Both the position numbers and the translations under genes were made by a program. Positions 34,497 through 44,967 of a stretch of DNA of 64,000 nt are shown in pieces. The DNA comes from an uncultured Acidimicrobiales bacterium. Its GTDB lineage: Bacteria > Actinomycetota > Acidimicrobiia > Acidimicrobiales > VFJN01. The stretch covers positions 157,973 through 221,972 of the forward strand of contig CAWCLR010000014.1 in assembly GCA_963796415.1 (NCBI GenBank). The letters run 5' to 3'. The notes below the pieces were generated by a model. The model ran no database searches, was not told where the DNA came from, and was given only the letters and a program-made list of their open reading frames with translations. Every line of letters begins with the position of its first letter. Within the stretch, counting starts at the first letter, position 1.

Positions 34497-35609
34497 ATGC
34501 GTGATCTCACCGAGGACCTGAAGGCGCTGCGCGCCCGCGTGGCCGAGGCCGAGGCGTACCTCAAGGTCGACGAGCTGCGCGCCCGGCGCCCCCAGCTCGA
34601 GGCCGAGGCGTCGCGGCCCGACCTGTGGGACGACCCCGACCGGGCCAAGGGGGTCACCGCCGACCTGGCGGGGGTGATCGACGACCTCGGGCAGTTCGAG
34701 CAGCTCGAGGCCCGCGTCGACGACGCCGAGACCCTGCACGAGCTGGGCCGCGAGGAGGGCGACGAGGCGTCGCTGGCCGAGGTCGAGCAGGCGTTGGCCG
34801 GCATCGACGCCGACCTCCGGCGCGTCGAGCTGCGCTCGATGTTCTCGGGCGAGCACGACCAGCACGACGCGCTCGTCACCGTGCAGGCCGGCGAGGGCGG
34901 CGTCGACGCCCAGGACTGGGCCGAGATGCTGCTGCGCATGTACACCCGCTGGGCCGAGCGCCGGGGCTTCGACGTCGAGGTGGACGAGTTCACCGAGGGG
35001 TCCGAGGCCGGCTTGTCGTCGGCCGAGTTCGTGGTGAAGGGCCGCTACGCCTACGGGTACCTGCAGGCCGAGCGCGGCGTGCACCGGCTCGTCCGCATGA
35101 GCCCGTTCAACGCCCAGGGCAAGCGCCAGACGGCGTTCGCCGCCGTGCAGGTGGTGCCGATGCTCGAGGGCGGCGACGGGGCGGTCGAGGTCGACGAGAA
35201 GGACATCAAGATGGACGTCTTCCGCGCGTCGGGCGCGGGCGGCCAGCACGTCAACAAGACGTCGTCCGCGGTGCGGCTCACGCACATCCCCACCGGCATC
35301 GTCGTGTCGTGCCAGGTCGAACGCAGCCAGTTCCAGAACCGCGACCGGGCGATGGCCATGCTCCAGGCCAAGCTGGCCGACCGCGAGCGGGCCGAAAGGG
35401 AGGCAGAGCTCGACGAGATCCGCGGCGACCAGCAGCGGGTCGGGTTCGGCAGCCAGATCCGCAGCTACGTGCTGCAGCCGTATCGGATGGTGAAGGACCT
35501 GCGGACCGAGCACGAGACGGGCAACGTCGACGGAGTGCTCGACGGCGACCTCGATCCGTTCATGGAGGCGTACCTCCAGTGGCGGCGCCGGGGCCCTGAT
35601 CAGGCGTGA
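34497..35609 (+). CDS. prfB: peptide chain release factor 2
   Basis: The tripeptide motif lies in the region SPFNAQGKRQTAFA, followed by the GGQ motif (SGAGGQHVNKT). It is a single uninterrupted ORF. Confidence 0.95.
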   Translation: MRDLTEDLKALRARVAEAEAYLKVDELRARRPQLEAEASRPDLWDDPDRAKGVTADLAGVIDDLGQFEQLEARVDDAETLHELGREEGDEASLAEVEQALAGIDADLRRVELRSMFSGEHDQHDALVTVQAGEGGVDAQDWAEMLLRMYTRWAERRGFDVEVDEFTEGSEAGLSSAEFVVKGRYAYGYLQAERGVHRLVRMSPFNAQGKRQTAFAAVQVVPMLEGGDGAVEVDEKDIKMDVFRASGAGGQHVNKTSSAVRLTHIPTGIVVSCQVERSQFQNRDRAMAMLQAKLADRERAEREAELDEIRGDQQRVGFGSQIRSYVLQPYRMVKDLRTEHETGNVDGVLDGDLDPFMEAYLQWRRRGPDQA

Positions 35610-35754
35610 GGGTCCCCGACGCCCCCGCCGCCGGGCAGTAGCGTTTCTCCGCGATGTTCCGAGGACCGCGCGGCATCTGTAACCTCATCGCAATGGCTGG
35701 GACCATGCGCAGTTCACGCACTTCACGTATCCGCGCGTACCGCGGGCGAGGCAC

Positions 35755-36428
<674 letters not shown>

Positions 36429-36432
<4 letters not shown>

Positions 36433-37325
36433 AGTTCGACTACATCGCCCGCGAGACGTTCGCCAACCTGCGCCGCAACATCACGCTCACCATCGCCGCC
36501 ATCGTCACGGTGGCCGTGTCCCTGTCGCTGTTCGGCTCGACGATCCTCCTCGGCCAGGGCGTCGACAACGTCTCGGCCCGCTGGCACGACGGCATCGAGC
36601 TGATCGCCTTCCTCAAGTCCGACATCACCGACGAGCAGCGCAACGCGATCGAGGCGCTGCTCGACGAGAGCCCCGAGGTCCGCGACTTCGACTACGTCGA
36701 CCTCGAGGAGAGCCGTGAGGAGGCGCTGCGCATCTTCGAGCGCAACGAGCTGATGTACCAGAAGATCGAGTCGGGCGGCACCCGGGTGCCCGACTCCTAC
36801 CGAGTGCAGCCGCGCACCAGCGACGTCGACCTGATGACCGTCATCGGCCAGCAGCTGGCGTCCGAGCCCGGCGTGCTCAGCGTCACCGACGTCAGCGACA
36901 GCGTGAAGACCGTGACCGGGGTGTCGAACTTCGCCCGGCGGGCGATGCTCGTCGTCGGCATCGGCCTGCTCGTGGCCGCGCTGCTGCTGATCCTCAACGC
37001 CATCCGCATGGCCATGTTCGCCCGCCGGCGCGAGATCGAGGTGATGAAGCTCGTCGGCGCCACGAACTGGTTCATCCGGGTGCCGTTCATGCTCGAGGGC
37101 ATCATCCAGGGCCTGGTCGGCTCGGCCCTCGCGCTCGGCGCCGTGTTCGGGCTGCACCGCTTCATGGAGGCGGCGTCCCAGAACGACGACTACCGGGCCA
37201 TCATGGAGGGCTTCGTCGCCACGACGAGCGAGCTGTGGACGACCGCCGGCGTGGTGCTGACGCTCGGCGTCGTGATCGGCGCCGCCGGCTCGGGCTGGGC
37301 GATCAGCCGCTTCCTGCGGGTCTGA
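36429..37325 (+). CDS. ftsX: cell division permease-like protein FtsX
   Basis: The GTG start overlaps the ftsE stop (GTGA). It has an N-terminal TM helix, a periplasmic domain and a C-terminal FtsX 3-TM module ([19 protein letters not shown]). Confidence 0.9.
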
Positions 37326-37334
37326 ACCGGGCGG

Positions 37335-38543
37335 CTAACCCAGCGTCACCGGAAGGCTGTCCAGGCCCCGCAGCACGATCCGGCCGTTCCAGGCCGGGGC
37401 GTCCGCGGCCAGCTCCAGGCGCGGGAACCGGCGCACGAGCGCGGGCACGGCCTCCGCGCCCTCGAGTCGCGCCAGCGCAGAGCCGAGGCAGTGGTGGATG
37501 CCGCTGCCGAACGACAGGTGGCCGCCCGCGCCCTCGCGGCCGACGTCGAGGTCGGCGGCGGTGGGGCCCCACTTGCCCTCGTCGCGGTTGGACGACCCGA
37601 GCAGCGTGAGGACCAGCTCGCCGGCGCCGATCTGCTCGCCCGCGATCTCGATGTCGGTGGTGGCGATGCGCCGCGACACCTGGACGGGGCTGTCGTAGCG
37701 CAGCATCTCGTCCACGGCGTTGGCGTCGAGGTCCGGGTCGGCGACGAGGCGCTCGAGCTGGTCGCGGTGGCGCAGCAGGGCGCACGTCCCGTTACCGATG
37801 AGGTTCACCGTGGTCTCGTGGCCAGCCAGATACAGCAGCGCGACCTGGTCGCGCAGCTCGACGGGGGAGAGGCGGTCGCCGTCCTCCTCGGCGGCGATCA
37901 TGCCGCTGAGCAGGTCGTCGGCCGGGTTCCGCCGCTTCCACTCGATGACGTCATCGATGTGGGCGAACATCTGGTCGGCGGCGGCCACGATGCGGCGCAG
38001 CTCGGCGTCGTCGGCGAACGGCTCGAGCGAGCGCGTCATCTCGTGTGACCAGGCCCGGAGCTGGTCGCGGTCGCCGTCGGGCATGCCCAGCAGCTCGCTG
38101 ATCACGACGAACGGCAGGGGGAAGGCGAAGCGGGCGATGAGGTCGACCGACTCGCCGGGGCCGGTGCCGGCGGCGATCTCGTCGAGCAGCTCGGCCACGA
38201 GGGCACGCACGCGCTCGCGCAGGCGCTCGACCCGGCGGATCGTGAAGGCGCTCGACACCAGACGGCGCAGCCGGGTGTGGTCGGGCGGGTCGAGGCTCAG
38301 GATCGAGCGGCTGCGCTCGCCCTGGCGCTCGGCCAGGTCCTCGGGCAGGGGCGGGACCACGATGTTCGTGGCGTTGCGCTCGTCGACGCTGGTCCCGCCG
38401 AGGCGCAGCAGCTCGAAGCAGTCGTCGTAGTGCGACAGCACGCGCAGCCCGAGCGGGTTGTGGTGGACTCGCCCGTCGGCCCGGATGGCCGCGTACTGCG
38501 GGTACGGGTCCTCGGCGAAGCCCGGCTCGAAGGGGTTGTACAT
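37335..38543 (-). CDS. cytochrome P450
   Basis: Heme-thiolate loop FGSGIHHCLGSALARLE, the ExxR motif in the segment YDSPVQVSRR, and the I-helix AGHETT. ATG at 38543 (MYNPFEPGFAEDPYP). Confidence 0.9.
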   Translation of the reverse strand: MYNPFEPGFAEDPYPQYAAIRADGRVHHNPLGLRVLSHYDDCFELLRLGGTSVDERNATNIVVPPLPEDLAERQGERSRSILSLDPPDHTRLRRLVSSAFTIRRVERLRERVRALVAELLDEIAAGTGPGESVDLIARFAFPLPFVVISELLGMPDGDRDQLRAWSHEMTRSLEPFADDAELRRIVAAADQMFAHIDDVIEWKRRNPADDLLSGMIAAEEDGDRLSPVELRDQVALLYLAGHETTVNLIGNGTCALLRHRDQLERLVADPDLDANAVDEMLRYDSPVQVSRRIATTDIEIAGEQIGAGELVLTLLGSSNRDEGKWGPTAADLDVGREGAGGHLSFGSGIHHCLGSALARLEGAEAVPALVRRFPRLELAADAPAWNGRIVLRGLDSLPVTLG

Positions 38544-38561
38544 CACGGCGTCGGTGCCCGC

Positions 38562-38621
38562 CCGCACGTCTGCCTGCGCATCGTTTTGCACGTCTGCTTG
38601 CACGTCTGCGTCCACGTCGCC
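38562..38621. repeat. about five tandem 12-bp units (TTGCACGTCTGC-like) in the divergent P450/EamA promoter region
   Basis: Two identical units TTGCACGTCTGC lie at 38586-38597 and 38598-38609. They are flanked by CCGCACGTCTGC (38562-38573) and degenerate units at 38574-38585 and 38610-38621. Confidence 0.6.
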
Positions 38622-38676
38622 CAGGTTTTCGCACGAGCCATGCAAAAGCAAGGGGTGTGCAAGGCTGCGCGTGCCG

Positions 38677-39615
38677 ATGCCCGACGCCCGCTCGCTCACG
38701 TCCGCTCCGTCGCGGCCGCCTCCCCTCGACCTCGGGCTGCTCGGTGTGGCCGTCCTGGCCGTGTCGACCTCGGCGCCGCTCATCCGGGGGGCCGACGCCC
38801 CGTCCCTGGCGATCGCCTTCTGGCGCAACGCGCTGGCGCTCCCCGTGCTCGGCGCCCTCGTGCTGGCCAGCCGCGAGCGGCGACGCGAGGCCCGCGAGCT
38901 CGACCGGCGCGAGCGCCGGCTGGCGCTGATCGCAGGGCTGTTCCTCGCCGCCCACTTCGCCACTTGGGTGCCGAGCCTGTCGTTCACCTCGGTGGCCTCC
39001 TCGGTGGCGCTCGTGGCGACGCAGCCGGTGTGGGCCGCGCTCATCGCCCGCTGGCGGGGCGACGACGTCCCGCGGCTCGCGTGGTGGGGGATCGGGGCGG
39101 CGATGGCGGGCACCGTCGTGCTGACGGGCGTCGACCTGTCGATCTCGACCCGCGCCCTGTTCGGCGACCTGCTCGCGCTTCTCGGCGGCGCCCTGGCCGC
39201 GGCCTACGTGACCGTCGGCGCCGAGGCCCGCCGCACGGTGTCCACCACGGTCTACGCCACCGCCTGCTACGGCGTGGCCGCGGTGGCGCTCCTGGTCGTG
39301 TGCGTGGTGGGCCGCCAGGCCCTCGCCGGTTACGACGGCCACACCTGGCTCCTGCTGGTCGCCACGGTGCTCGGCCCGCAGCTGCTCGGGCACACGCTGG
39401 TGAACCGGGTCCTGTCGACGATCAGCCCGGTGATCGTGTCGGTGGCCATCCTGTTCGAAATCGTCGGGGCGGCGCTGCTGGCCTGGCTGGCCTTCGACGA
39501 GGTGCCGCCCGCGTCCGCCGTCCCGGCGGGGCTGCTCATCGCCGCGGGTGTCGTCCTCGTCGTGCGAGCGAACCCGTCCGAGCCCGCGGTCGCCGGTTCC
39601 CCGCCGATCGAGTGA
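38677..39615 (+). CDS. EamA/DMT-family transporter
   Basis: Ten hydrophobic segments in two EamA-like halves. ATG at 38677 (alternative GTG at 38671). Confidence 0.85.
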   Translation: MPDARSLTSAPSRPPPLDLGLLGVAVLAVSTSAPLIRGADAPSLAIAFWRNALALPVLGALVLASRERRREARELDRRERRLALIAGLFLAAHFATWVPSLSFTSVASSVALVATQPVWAALIARWRGDDVPRLAWWGIGAAMAGTVVLTGVDLSISTRALFGDLLALLGGALAAAYVTVGAEARRTVSTTVYATACYGVAAVALLVVCVVGRQALAGYDGHTWLLLVATVLGPQLLGHTLVNRVLSTISPVIVSVAILFEIVGAALLAWLAFDEVPPASAVPAGLLIAAGVVLVVRANPSEPAVAGSPPIE

Positions 39616-39656
39616 CGGTCACTCGGAGGTCACCGCGCGGACGGTACGGTCCGTTG

Positions 39657-39803
39657 GTGCGCCTCGTGTGGATCGTCGCCGTCGTCCTGGTCGTGGTGGG
39701 CCTCGTCGCCTGGAGTACCACGTGCACGGGGCCGCGCCCCGAGCCGACGGGCGAGACCATCCCGCCGTCCGCGCCCACGACCACGTTGGCGTCCGGAGAC
39801 TGA
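39657..39803 (+). CDS. possible small membrane-anchored protein
   Basis: 48-codon ORF with nearly all G/C third positions. It has one hydrophobic helix (LVWIVAVVLVVVGLVAW) and then a Pro/Thr-rich tail. No homology recognised. Confidence 0.3.
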   Translation: MRLVWIVAVVLVVVGLVAWSTTCTGPRPEPTGETIPPSAPTTTLASGD

Positions 39804-39851
39804 ACTCGAACCCGATGGACCGCCTCGGAAACGCCTCTGGCCGCACGCGAC

Positions 39852-39875
39852 GAAACCCTGCCGGAGCAGGGCTTC
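39852..39875 (-). terminator. hairpin immediately 3' of ssrA
   Basis: On the reverse strand: GAAGCCCTGC-TCCG-GCAGGGTTTC. This is a 10-bp stem including one G-U pair, 17 nt after the tmRNA 3' end. Confidence 0.5.
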
Positions 39876-39891
39876 ATCCGCATGTCCTGCG

Positions 39892-40283
39892 TGGAGCTGG
39901 GGGGAATCGAACCCCCGTCCGTCGAGTGGATGACGACCGCGCTACGACCATTCCCGTGGACTACGGCGTGTCGGCTGCCGTACCGCCGGGTCGGTTGGCC
40001 TCACGAGGAGGCCGCCGCCGGGTCTTTCCCCGGGGCCAGCGTTCTTTCACGCGGTCAGCGGTCTTTCCCGCCGTCAACCATCGCTTCTGTTGCCAGGCTG
40101 CGGTGGTCAGGCCCCGCGTGCCATTGCAGGCCGCGACCGCTCTCGTATCACCTGATGATCAGGCGGCGAGGGCGTACTGCTCGTTGGTTTCGGCAGTTGT
40201 GTTGGTTGCCCCGTTTAAGGAGTCTGAGCAACTCCGGTCGCACGATGCGCCGTCCGGTCTCCACGTCGAAACCGATCAGCCCC
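39892..40283 (-). ncRNA. ssrA: transfer-messenger RNA (tmRNA)
   Basis: The 5' end is GGGGCTGATCGGTTTCGACG and the 3' end is GGACGGGGGTTCGATTCCCCCCAGCTCCA. The acceptor stem pairs with a G3:U pair. The internal tag frame ACT|GCC GAA ACC AAC GAG CAG TAC GCC CTC GCC GCC TGA encodes AETNEQYALAA. Confidence 0.93.
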
Positions 40284-40419
40284 TTGTCAAGTAGCAGGAC
40301 AAGTGTACCGGCCGCCCGCGACCGTCGGACCCGGGTTGTCGGGAGCGACCGGCCGCGCCGTACGCTCGCCGCCCGTGAAGGTGTCCCAGGACAGCGTCGT
40401 CGGACGCAGCGTGATCCGC

Positions 40420-40857
40420 ATGGCGGCGAGCCCCGCGTTCGCCCGTGTCGCCCCGTCGGTCGTGCCCCGGCTCGACCGCCTCGTCCACCGGCTGACCGGC
40501 GGGCGCACGACGATGAGCGCCGGCATGGTGCCGACCGTGCTGCTCACGACCACCGGGTCCCGCTCGGGTGAGCCCCGCACGGTGCCGCTCGCCTGCATCC
40601 CCGAGGGCGACGACCTCTACGTGGTGGGCAGCAACTACGGGCGCGAGCGGCACCCGGCGTGGAGCACGAACCTGATGGCGACGCCGCGGGCCCGGGCGTC
40701 GTTCGACGGCCGCGACTACGACGTCGACGCCCACCTGCTCACGCCGGCGGAGAAGGCGGAGACCTGGCCGCGCCTCGTCGCCGCCTGGCCGGTCTACGAC
40801 ACCTACGTCGAGCGCAGCGGCCGTGACCTCCGGGTGTTCCGCCTGTCACCCGCCTGA
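40420..40857 (+). CDS. deazaflavin (F420)-dependent nitroreductase-family protein (DDN-like)
   Basis: LLTTTGSRSGEPRTVPL...VVGSNYGRERHPAWSTNL...EKAETWPRLVAAWPVYDTY is typical of the family. ATG 40420 is preferred over GTG 40303. Confidence 0.8.
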   Translation: MAASPAFARVAPSVVPRLDRLVHRLTGGRTTMSAGMVPTVLLTTTGSRSGEPRTVPLACIPEGDDLYVVGSNYGRERHPAWSTNLMATPRARASFDGRDYDVDAHLLTPAEKAETWPRLVAAWPVYDTYVERSGRDLRVFRLSPA

Positions 40858-40921
40858 GCGCACGCCGAGCCCCGACGGCTGATTCGCCGCCGCCCGCCGG
40901 CGGCTGTCACGCTGGCGGGTC

Positions 40922-42259
40922 ATGGTCGACGCCCGGTCGTGGGGTGCGCGCGATGCCGCCGTCGTGTGGCACGGGTTCACCCAGATGGCGAGCTACCTCG
41001 ACAACGAGCCCGTCATCGTGGAGGCGGGCGAGGGACGTGAGCTGATCGACGTCGAGGGGCGGCGCTATCTCGATGCCATCTCCTCCCTCTGGGTCACGAC
41101 GCTCGGCCACCGCGTCCCCGAGCTCGACGCCGCCCTGCGCGCCCAGATCGACCGCGTGGCGCACTCGACGCTCCTGGGCAACGGCAACCGCATCGTGGTC
41201 GAGCTGGCCGAGGCGCTGGCCCGCGTCGTGCCCGTCGACCACCCGCACTTCCTGTTCGCCTCCGACGGCGCCGCCGCGGTCGAGCAGGCGCTCAAGATCG
41301 CCTTCCAGTACTGGGCCAACCTCGGGGTCTCCGGGCGGACCGGCTACCTGACCCTCGGGCACGCCTACCACGGCGACACGGTCGGATCGCTGTCTCTCGG
41401 CGCCGGCGGGTTCGGCACCGACCTGTTCGATCCGCTGCGCTTCGGCGCGTTCGGGCCCGCCGGGGGCAGCCCGGTGGTCCGGGCTCCCGGCTACGACGAC
41501 CCTGCGGGCCTGAGCACGGCCGCCGCCCTGGTCGACGAGCACGGGCCCGCCCTGGCCGCGGTCGTGCTCGAGCCCCTGGTCCAGGGCGCCGCCGGCATGC
41601 TCGTGGCCGACCCCGGCGCCTACGGCCCGCTCGTCGCCGCCTGCCGGCGCCACGGCGTGCTGCTCGTCTGCGACGAGGTGGCCACCGGGTTCGGCCGGAC
41701 CGGCACCCTGTTCGCCAGCGAGCAGTGCGGCCTGCGGCCAGACCTCATGGCGATCGGCAAGGGCCTGACGGGCGGGTACCTGGCCATGTCCGCCACGGTG
41801 GCCAGCGATCGGGTGTACGCGGCGTTCCTCGGCCCCGACCTGTCGGAGCGGACCTTCTACCACGGGCACTCCTACAGCGGGAACGCCCTCGCCGCCGCCG
41901 TGGCGCTGCGCCACCTCGAGCTGTACGAGGAGTGGGACGTGCTGGCGGGTGTGCGCGCCCGCGCCGCCACGCTGGCCCGGCTGGCGGGGGAGCGGCTGGC
42001 GCCTCTGGACGCGGTCGCGGACGTCCGGCTGTGCGGCCTGATGGGCGGCGTCGAGCTGGCGCCGCCGGGCGAGGGGCTGCGATGGGGCCGGAGGGTGTGC
42101 GCCGCCGCCGTGCGCCGCGGCGTGCTGCTGCGCCCGCTCGGCGATGTCGTCGTGCTCATGCCCCCGCTCACGGTCACCGACGCAGAGGTCGAGCGCATCG
42201 TCGACACGCTCGCGGCCGCCGTCGGCGAGGTGGCGGGCGAGGACGGGGTGGCGCGGTGA
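40922..42259 (+). CDS. bioA: adenosylmethionine-8-amino-7-oxononanoate aminotransferase
   Basis: Class-III aminotransferase pattern (GHAYHGDT, CDEVATGFGRTG, and the PLP Lys in AIGKGLTGGY), followed by bioF and bioD. Confidence 0.92.
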   Translation: MVDARSWGARDAAVVWHGFTQMASYLDNEPVIVEAGEGRELIDVEGRRYLDAISSLWVTTLGHRVPELDAALRAQIDRVAHSTLLGNGNRIVVELAEALARVVPVDHPHFLFASDGAAAVEQALKIAFQYWANLGVSGRTGYLTLGHAYHGDTVGSLSLGAGGFGTDLFDPLRFGAFGPAGGSPVVRAPGYDDPAGLSTAAALVDEHGPALAAVVLEPLVQGAAGMLVADPGAYGPLVAACRRHGVLLVCDEVATGFGRTGTLFASEQCGLRPDLMAIGKGLTGGYLAMSATVASDRVYAAFLGPDLSERTFYHGHSYSGNALAAAVALRHLELYEEWDVLAGVRARAATLARLAGERLAPLDAVADVRLCGLMGGVELAPPGEGLRWGRRVCAAAVRRGVLLRPLGDVVVLMPPLTVTDAEVERIVDTLAAAVGEVAGEDGVAR

Positions 42260-43413
42260 CCGGCGACTGGGACGCACGGGTCGACGGCGAGCTCGATGCC
42301 ATCCGCGCCGCTGGCCGCTGGCGGGTGACGCGCGACCTGGTGACGACCGGTCCCGTCACCGGCGAGCTGGACGGGCGTGCGGTCGTCACGTTCGCCTCCA
42401 ACGACTACCTGGGGCTGACCCACCATCCCCGAGTGATCGCCGCGGCCCACGCCGCCCTCGATCGGTGGGGCGTCGGGTCGGGGGCCTCGCGCCTGATCGT
42501 CGGCTCGCGTCCCGTGCACGCCGAGCTCGAGGTGGAGCTGGCCGCCTGGAAGGGCACCGAGGCGGCGCTGCTGTTCTCGACCGGCTTCGCGGCCAACCTC
42601 GGGGTGCTCGCCACCCTCGGCGGGCCCGACGTGACGATCCTGTCCGACGAGCTCAACCACGCCTCGATCGTCGACGGGGCCCGCCTGGCCCGCGCGGACG
42701 TGCGCGTCTACCGGCACGGCGACCTCGACCACCTGGCCAAGCTGCTGGTCGACGTCGCCGCCGCCGGCCGGGGCCCGGTGATCGTCGTGACCGACAGCGC
42801 GTTCTCGATGGACGGCGACGTGGTCGACGTGGCAGCGCTGGTGGACACGTGCGCCGACCACGACGCGCTCGTCGTGCTGGACGAGGCCCACGCCGTGCTC
42901 GGGCCCCGGGTCGACCTCGCGGCCGCCGCGGCCCGGGGGGTGACGGTGGTGCGGGTGGGCACGCTGTCGAAGGCGCTCGGCTCCCTCGGCGGGTTCGTGG
43001 CCGGGCCCCGGCGCTACGTCGACCTGCTGCGCAACCGGGCCCGCCCGTTCATCTTCACCACCGCCCCGACGCCGGCCGACGTGGCCGCCGCCCTGGCCGC
43101 GGTGCGGGTCGTGCGCTCGGCCGAGGGGGAGGCGCTGGTGGCGCGCCTGCGGAGTCACGTCGAGCGGCTGCGGCCCGGGCACCCGACGCCGATCGTGCCG
43201 GTCGTGCTGGGCGAGGAGGCGGCGGCGCTGGCCGCGGCCGACGACCTGCTGGCGCAGGGCCTGCTGGTGCCGGCCATCCGCCCTCCCACGGTGCCGGTCG
43301 GGTCGTCGCGCCTGCGTGTCGCCCTGTCCGCGGCCCACACCGGCGAGCAGGTCGACCGGCTGGTCGCCGCGCTGGGGACGCTGGGGCGGTCGGGTGCAGG
43401 CGACCCGGCCTGA
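42256..43413 (+). CDS. bioF: 8-amino-7-oxononanoate synthase
   Basis: The GTG start overlaps the bioA stop. Motifs SNDYLGL, GSGASRLIVG, DEAHAVLG and GTLSKALG (PLP Lys). Confidence 0.9.
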   Translation: MTGDWDARVDGELDAIRAAGRWRVTRDLVTTGPVTGELDGRAVVTFASNDYLGLTHHPRVIAAAHAALDRWGVGSGASRLIVGSRPVHAELEVELAAWKGTEAALLFSTGFAANLGVLATLGGPDVTILSDELNHASIVDGARLARADVRVYRHGDLDHLAKLLVDVAAAGRGPVIVVTDSAFSMDGDVVDVAALVDTCADHDALVVLDEAHAVLGPRVDLAAAAARGVTVVRVGTLSKALGSLGGFVAGPRRYVDLLRNRARPFIFTTAPTPADVAAALAAVRVVRSAEGEALVARLRSHVERLRPGHPTPIVPVVLGEEAAALAAADDLLAQGLLVPAIRPPTVPVGSSRLRVALSAAHTGEQVDRLVAALGTLGRSGAGDPA

Positions 43414-44047
43414 GCGCCTCGTCCTCGTCGTCGGCACCGGCACCGAGGTCGGCAAGACCTGGGTGGCGTGCAGGGTGGCGCGGGCGCTGCGGCGGCGGGG
43501 GCTGATCGTCGTGGCCCGCAAGCCCGCCCAGTCGTACGACGCCGGCGACGACCTCAGCGACACCGACGCCGCGCTGCTCGCCCACGCCACGGGCGACCAC
43601 CCGGCGGCCGTGTGCCCGCAGCACCGCTGGTACCCGGTGGCGATGGCGCCCCCGATGGCGGCCGAGGCGCTGGGGCGGCGCCCCTTCGCGATCGCCGACC
43701 TGGTGGACGAGCTGGCGTGGCCGGCCGTGGTGGGCGTCGGACTGGTGGAGGCCGCGGGAGGAGTGCGCTCGCCTCTGGCCGCGGACGGGGACGCGGTCGC
43801 CTTCGCCGCCGCGGTGCGGCCCGACCGGGTGGTCCTCGTGGCCGACGCCGGGCTCGGCACGATCAACGGCGTGCGGCTGTCGATGGCGGCGCTGGCGCCG
43901 TGGCCGGTCACGGTGGTGCTCAACCGGTTCGAGCCGGCCGACGACCTGCACGTCCGCAACCTCGAGTGGCTGGCTGGGGTCGACGGCTACGAGGTCGTCA
44001 CCGACGCGGAGGACCTGGTGTCCCCGATCGTCGGCTGGCCCACGTAG
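43394..44047 (+). CDS. bioD: dethiobiotin synthase
   Basis: P-loop VVGTGTEVGKTWV and position after bioF. GTG 43394 overlaps the end of bioF by 20 nt. Confidence 0.85.
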   Translation: MQATRPERLVLVVGTGTEVGKTWVACRVARALRRRGLIVVARKPAQSYDAGDDLSDTDAALLAHATGDHPAAVCPQHRWYPVAMAPPMAAEALGRRPFAIADLVDELAWPAVVGVGLVEAAGGVRSPLAADGDAVAFAAAVRPDRVVLVADAGLGTINGVRLSMAALAPWPVTVVLNRFEPADDLHVRNLEWLAGVDGYEVVTDAEDLVSPIVGWPT

Positions 44048-44060
44048 GCCGGCCAGGGCG

Positions 44061-44915
44061 TCAGGCGGCGCGGGCGGTGACGATCCACGCCTTGCCCGGG
44101 AGGGCCAGGCCGTCGGGGGTGACGTGCGGGGCGACGGCGGCGCGGAGCGAGGCCAGGGCCCTGGCGACGAGCTCAGGCGACTTGCCCTCGGACATGATGC
44201 GGGCGATCGGCTGGCCCTCCAGGTAGCCGACCGCGTCGTCGAGGTCGGTGCCCAGCCACATCGGGTGCACCTCCTCGGCGAGCTCGATGCCGGCGAACCC
44301 GCCGTCGGCCAGGACCGACCGGACGCGGTCGGGGTCGTCGAGCGAGAACGGGCCGGAGGCGCCGGGGCCGACGATGTCGGGCATGCCGAGGTGCTCGACC
44401 ATGGCGCTCATCGGCACTCGCATCCAGTCGTTCACGAGGAGCGGCTGCCAGCAGGCGAAGGCCAGGCGACCACCGTCGGCCATGCCCCGCCGGAGGTTGG
44501 CGAACGCAGCCACCGGGTCGTCGAAGAACATGATCCCGAACCGGCTGAGGACCACGTCGAACCCGCCGGGGGGAAACGGATGGACCTGGGCGTCGGCCTG
44601 CTCGAAGGTCACGTTCGCCGGCCCGCCCTCGGCCGTGGTCTCGGCGCGGGCCTCCTCGACGAGGGGCTTGCCGATGTCGACGCCGAGCGCGGACCCCTCG
44701 CTGGCGAGCCGGGCCGCGGCGCGGGTCATCGCACCCGTCCCGCAGCCGACGTCGAGGACGCGGTCGCCCGGAACGATGGCGGCGCTGGCGAGGACGGCCT
44801 CGCCGTAGGGGGCGAGCGCTCGATCGTGGCGAGCGGCGTGGCTGACCCAGTGCTCGCCGCCGGGACCGTTCCAGCTGTTCGCCATGTCTGCGTTGGGGGC
44901 GCTGTCCGCGTGCAT
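44061..44915 (-). CDS. class I SAM-dependent methyltransferase
   Basis: Motif I is VLDVGCGTG; post-I and motif II read DVVLSRFGIMFF. Confidence 0.85.
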   Translation of the reverse strand: MHADSAPNADMANSWNGPGGEHWVSHAARHDRALAPYGEAVLASAAIVPGDRVLDVGCGTGAMTRAAARLASEGSALGVDIGKPLVEEARAETTAEGGPANVTFEQADAQVHPFPPGGFDVVLSRFGIMFFDDPVAAFANLRRGMADGGRLAFACWQPLLVNDWMRVPMSAMVEHLGMPDIVGPGASGPFSLDDPDRVRSVLADGGFAGIELAEEVHPMWLGTDLDDAVGYLEGQPIARIMSEGKSPELVARALASLRAAVAPHVTPDGLALPGKAWIVTARAA

Positions 44916-44967
44916 GCCCCGATGCTGCCACGTCCCCGCCGCATAGGGGCAGGGGGTATTCGGTCAG

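Noticed and set aside
34497-35609. Programmed +1 frameshift site in prfB
   Set aside because: RF2 is encoded here as one uninterrupted ORF. There is no in-frame UGA or CUU-UGA-C motif near codon 25.
37326-39891. Genomic island integrated at the 3' end of ssrA (P450, EamA, small ORF)
   Set aside because: There is no duplicated copy of the tmRNA 3' end, no integrase or other mobility gene, and the composition looks host-like.
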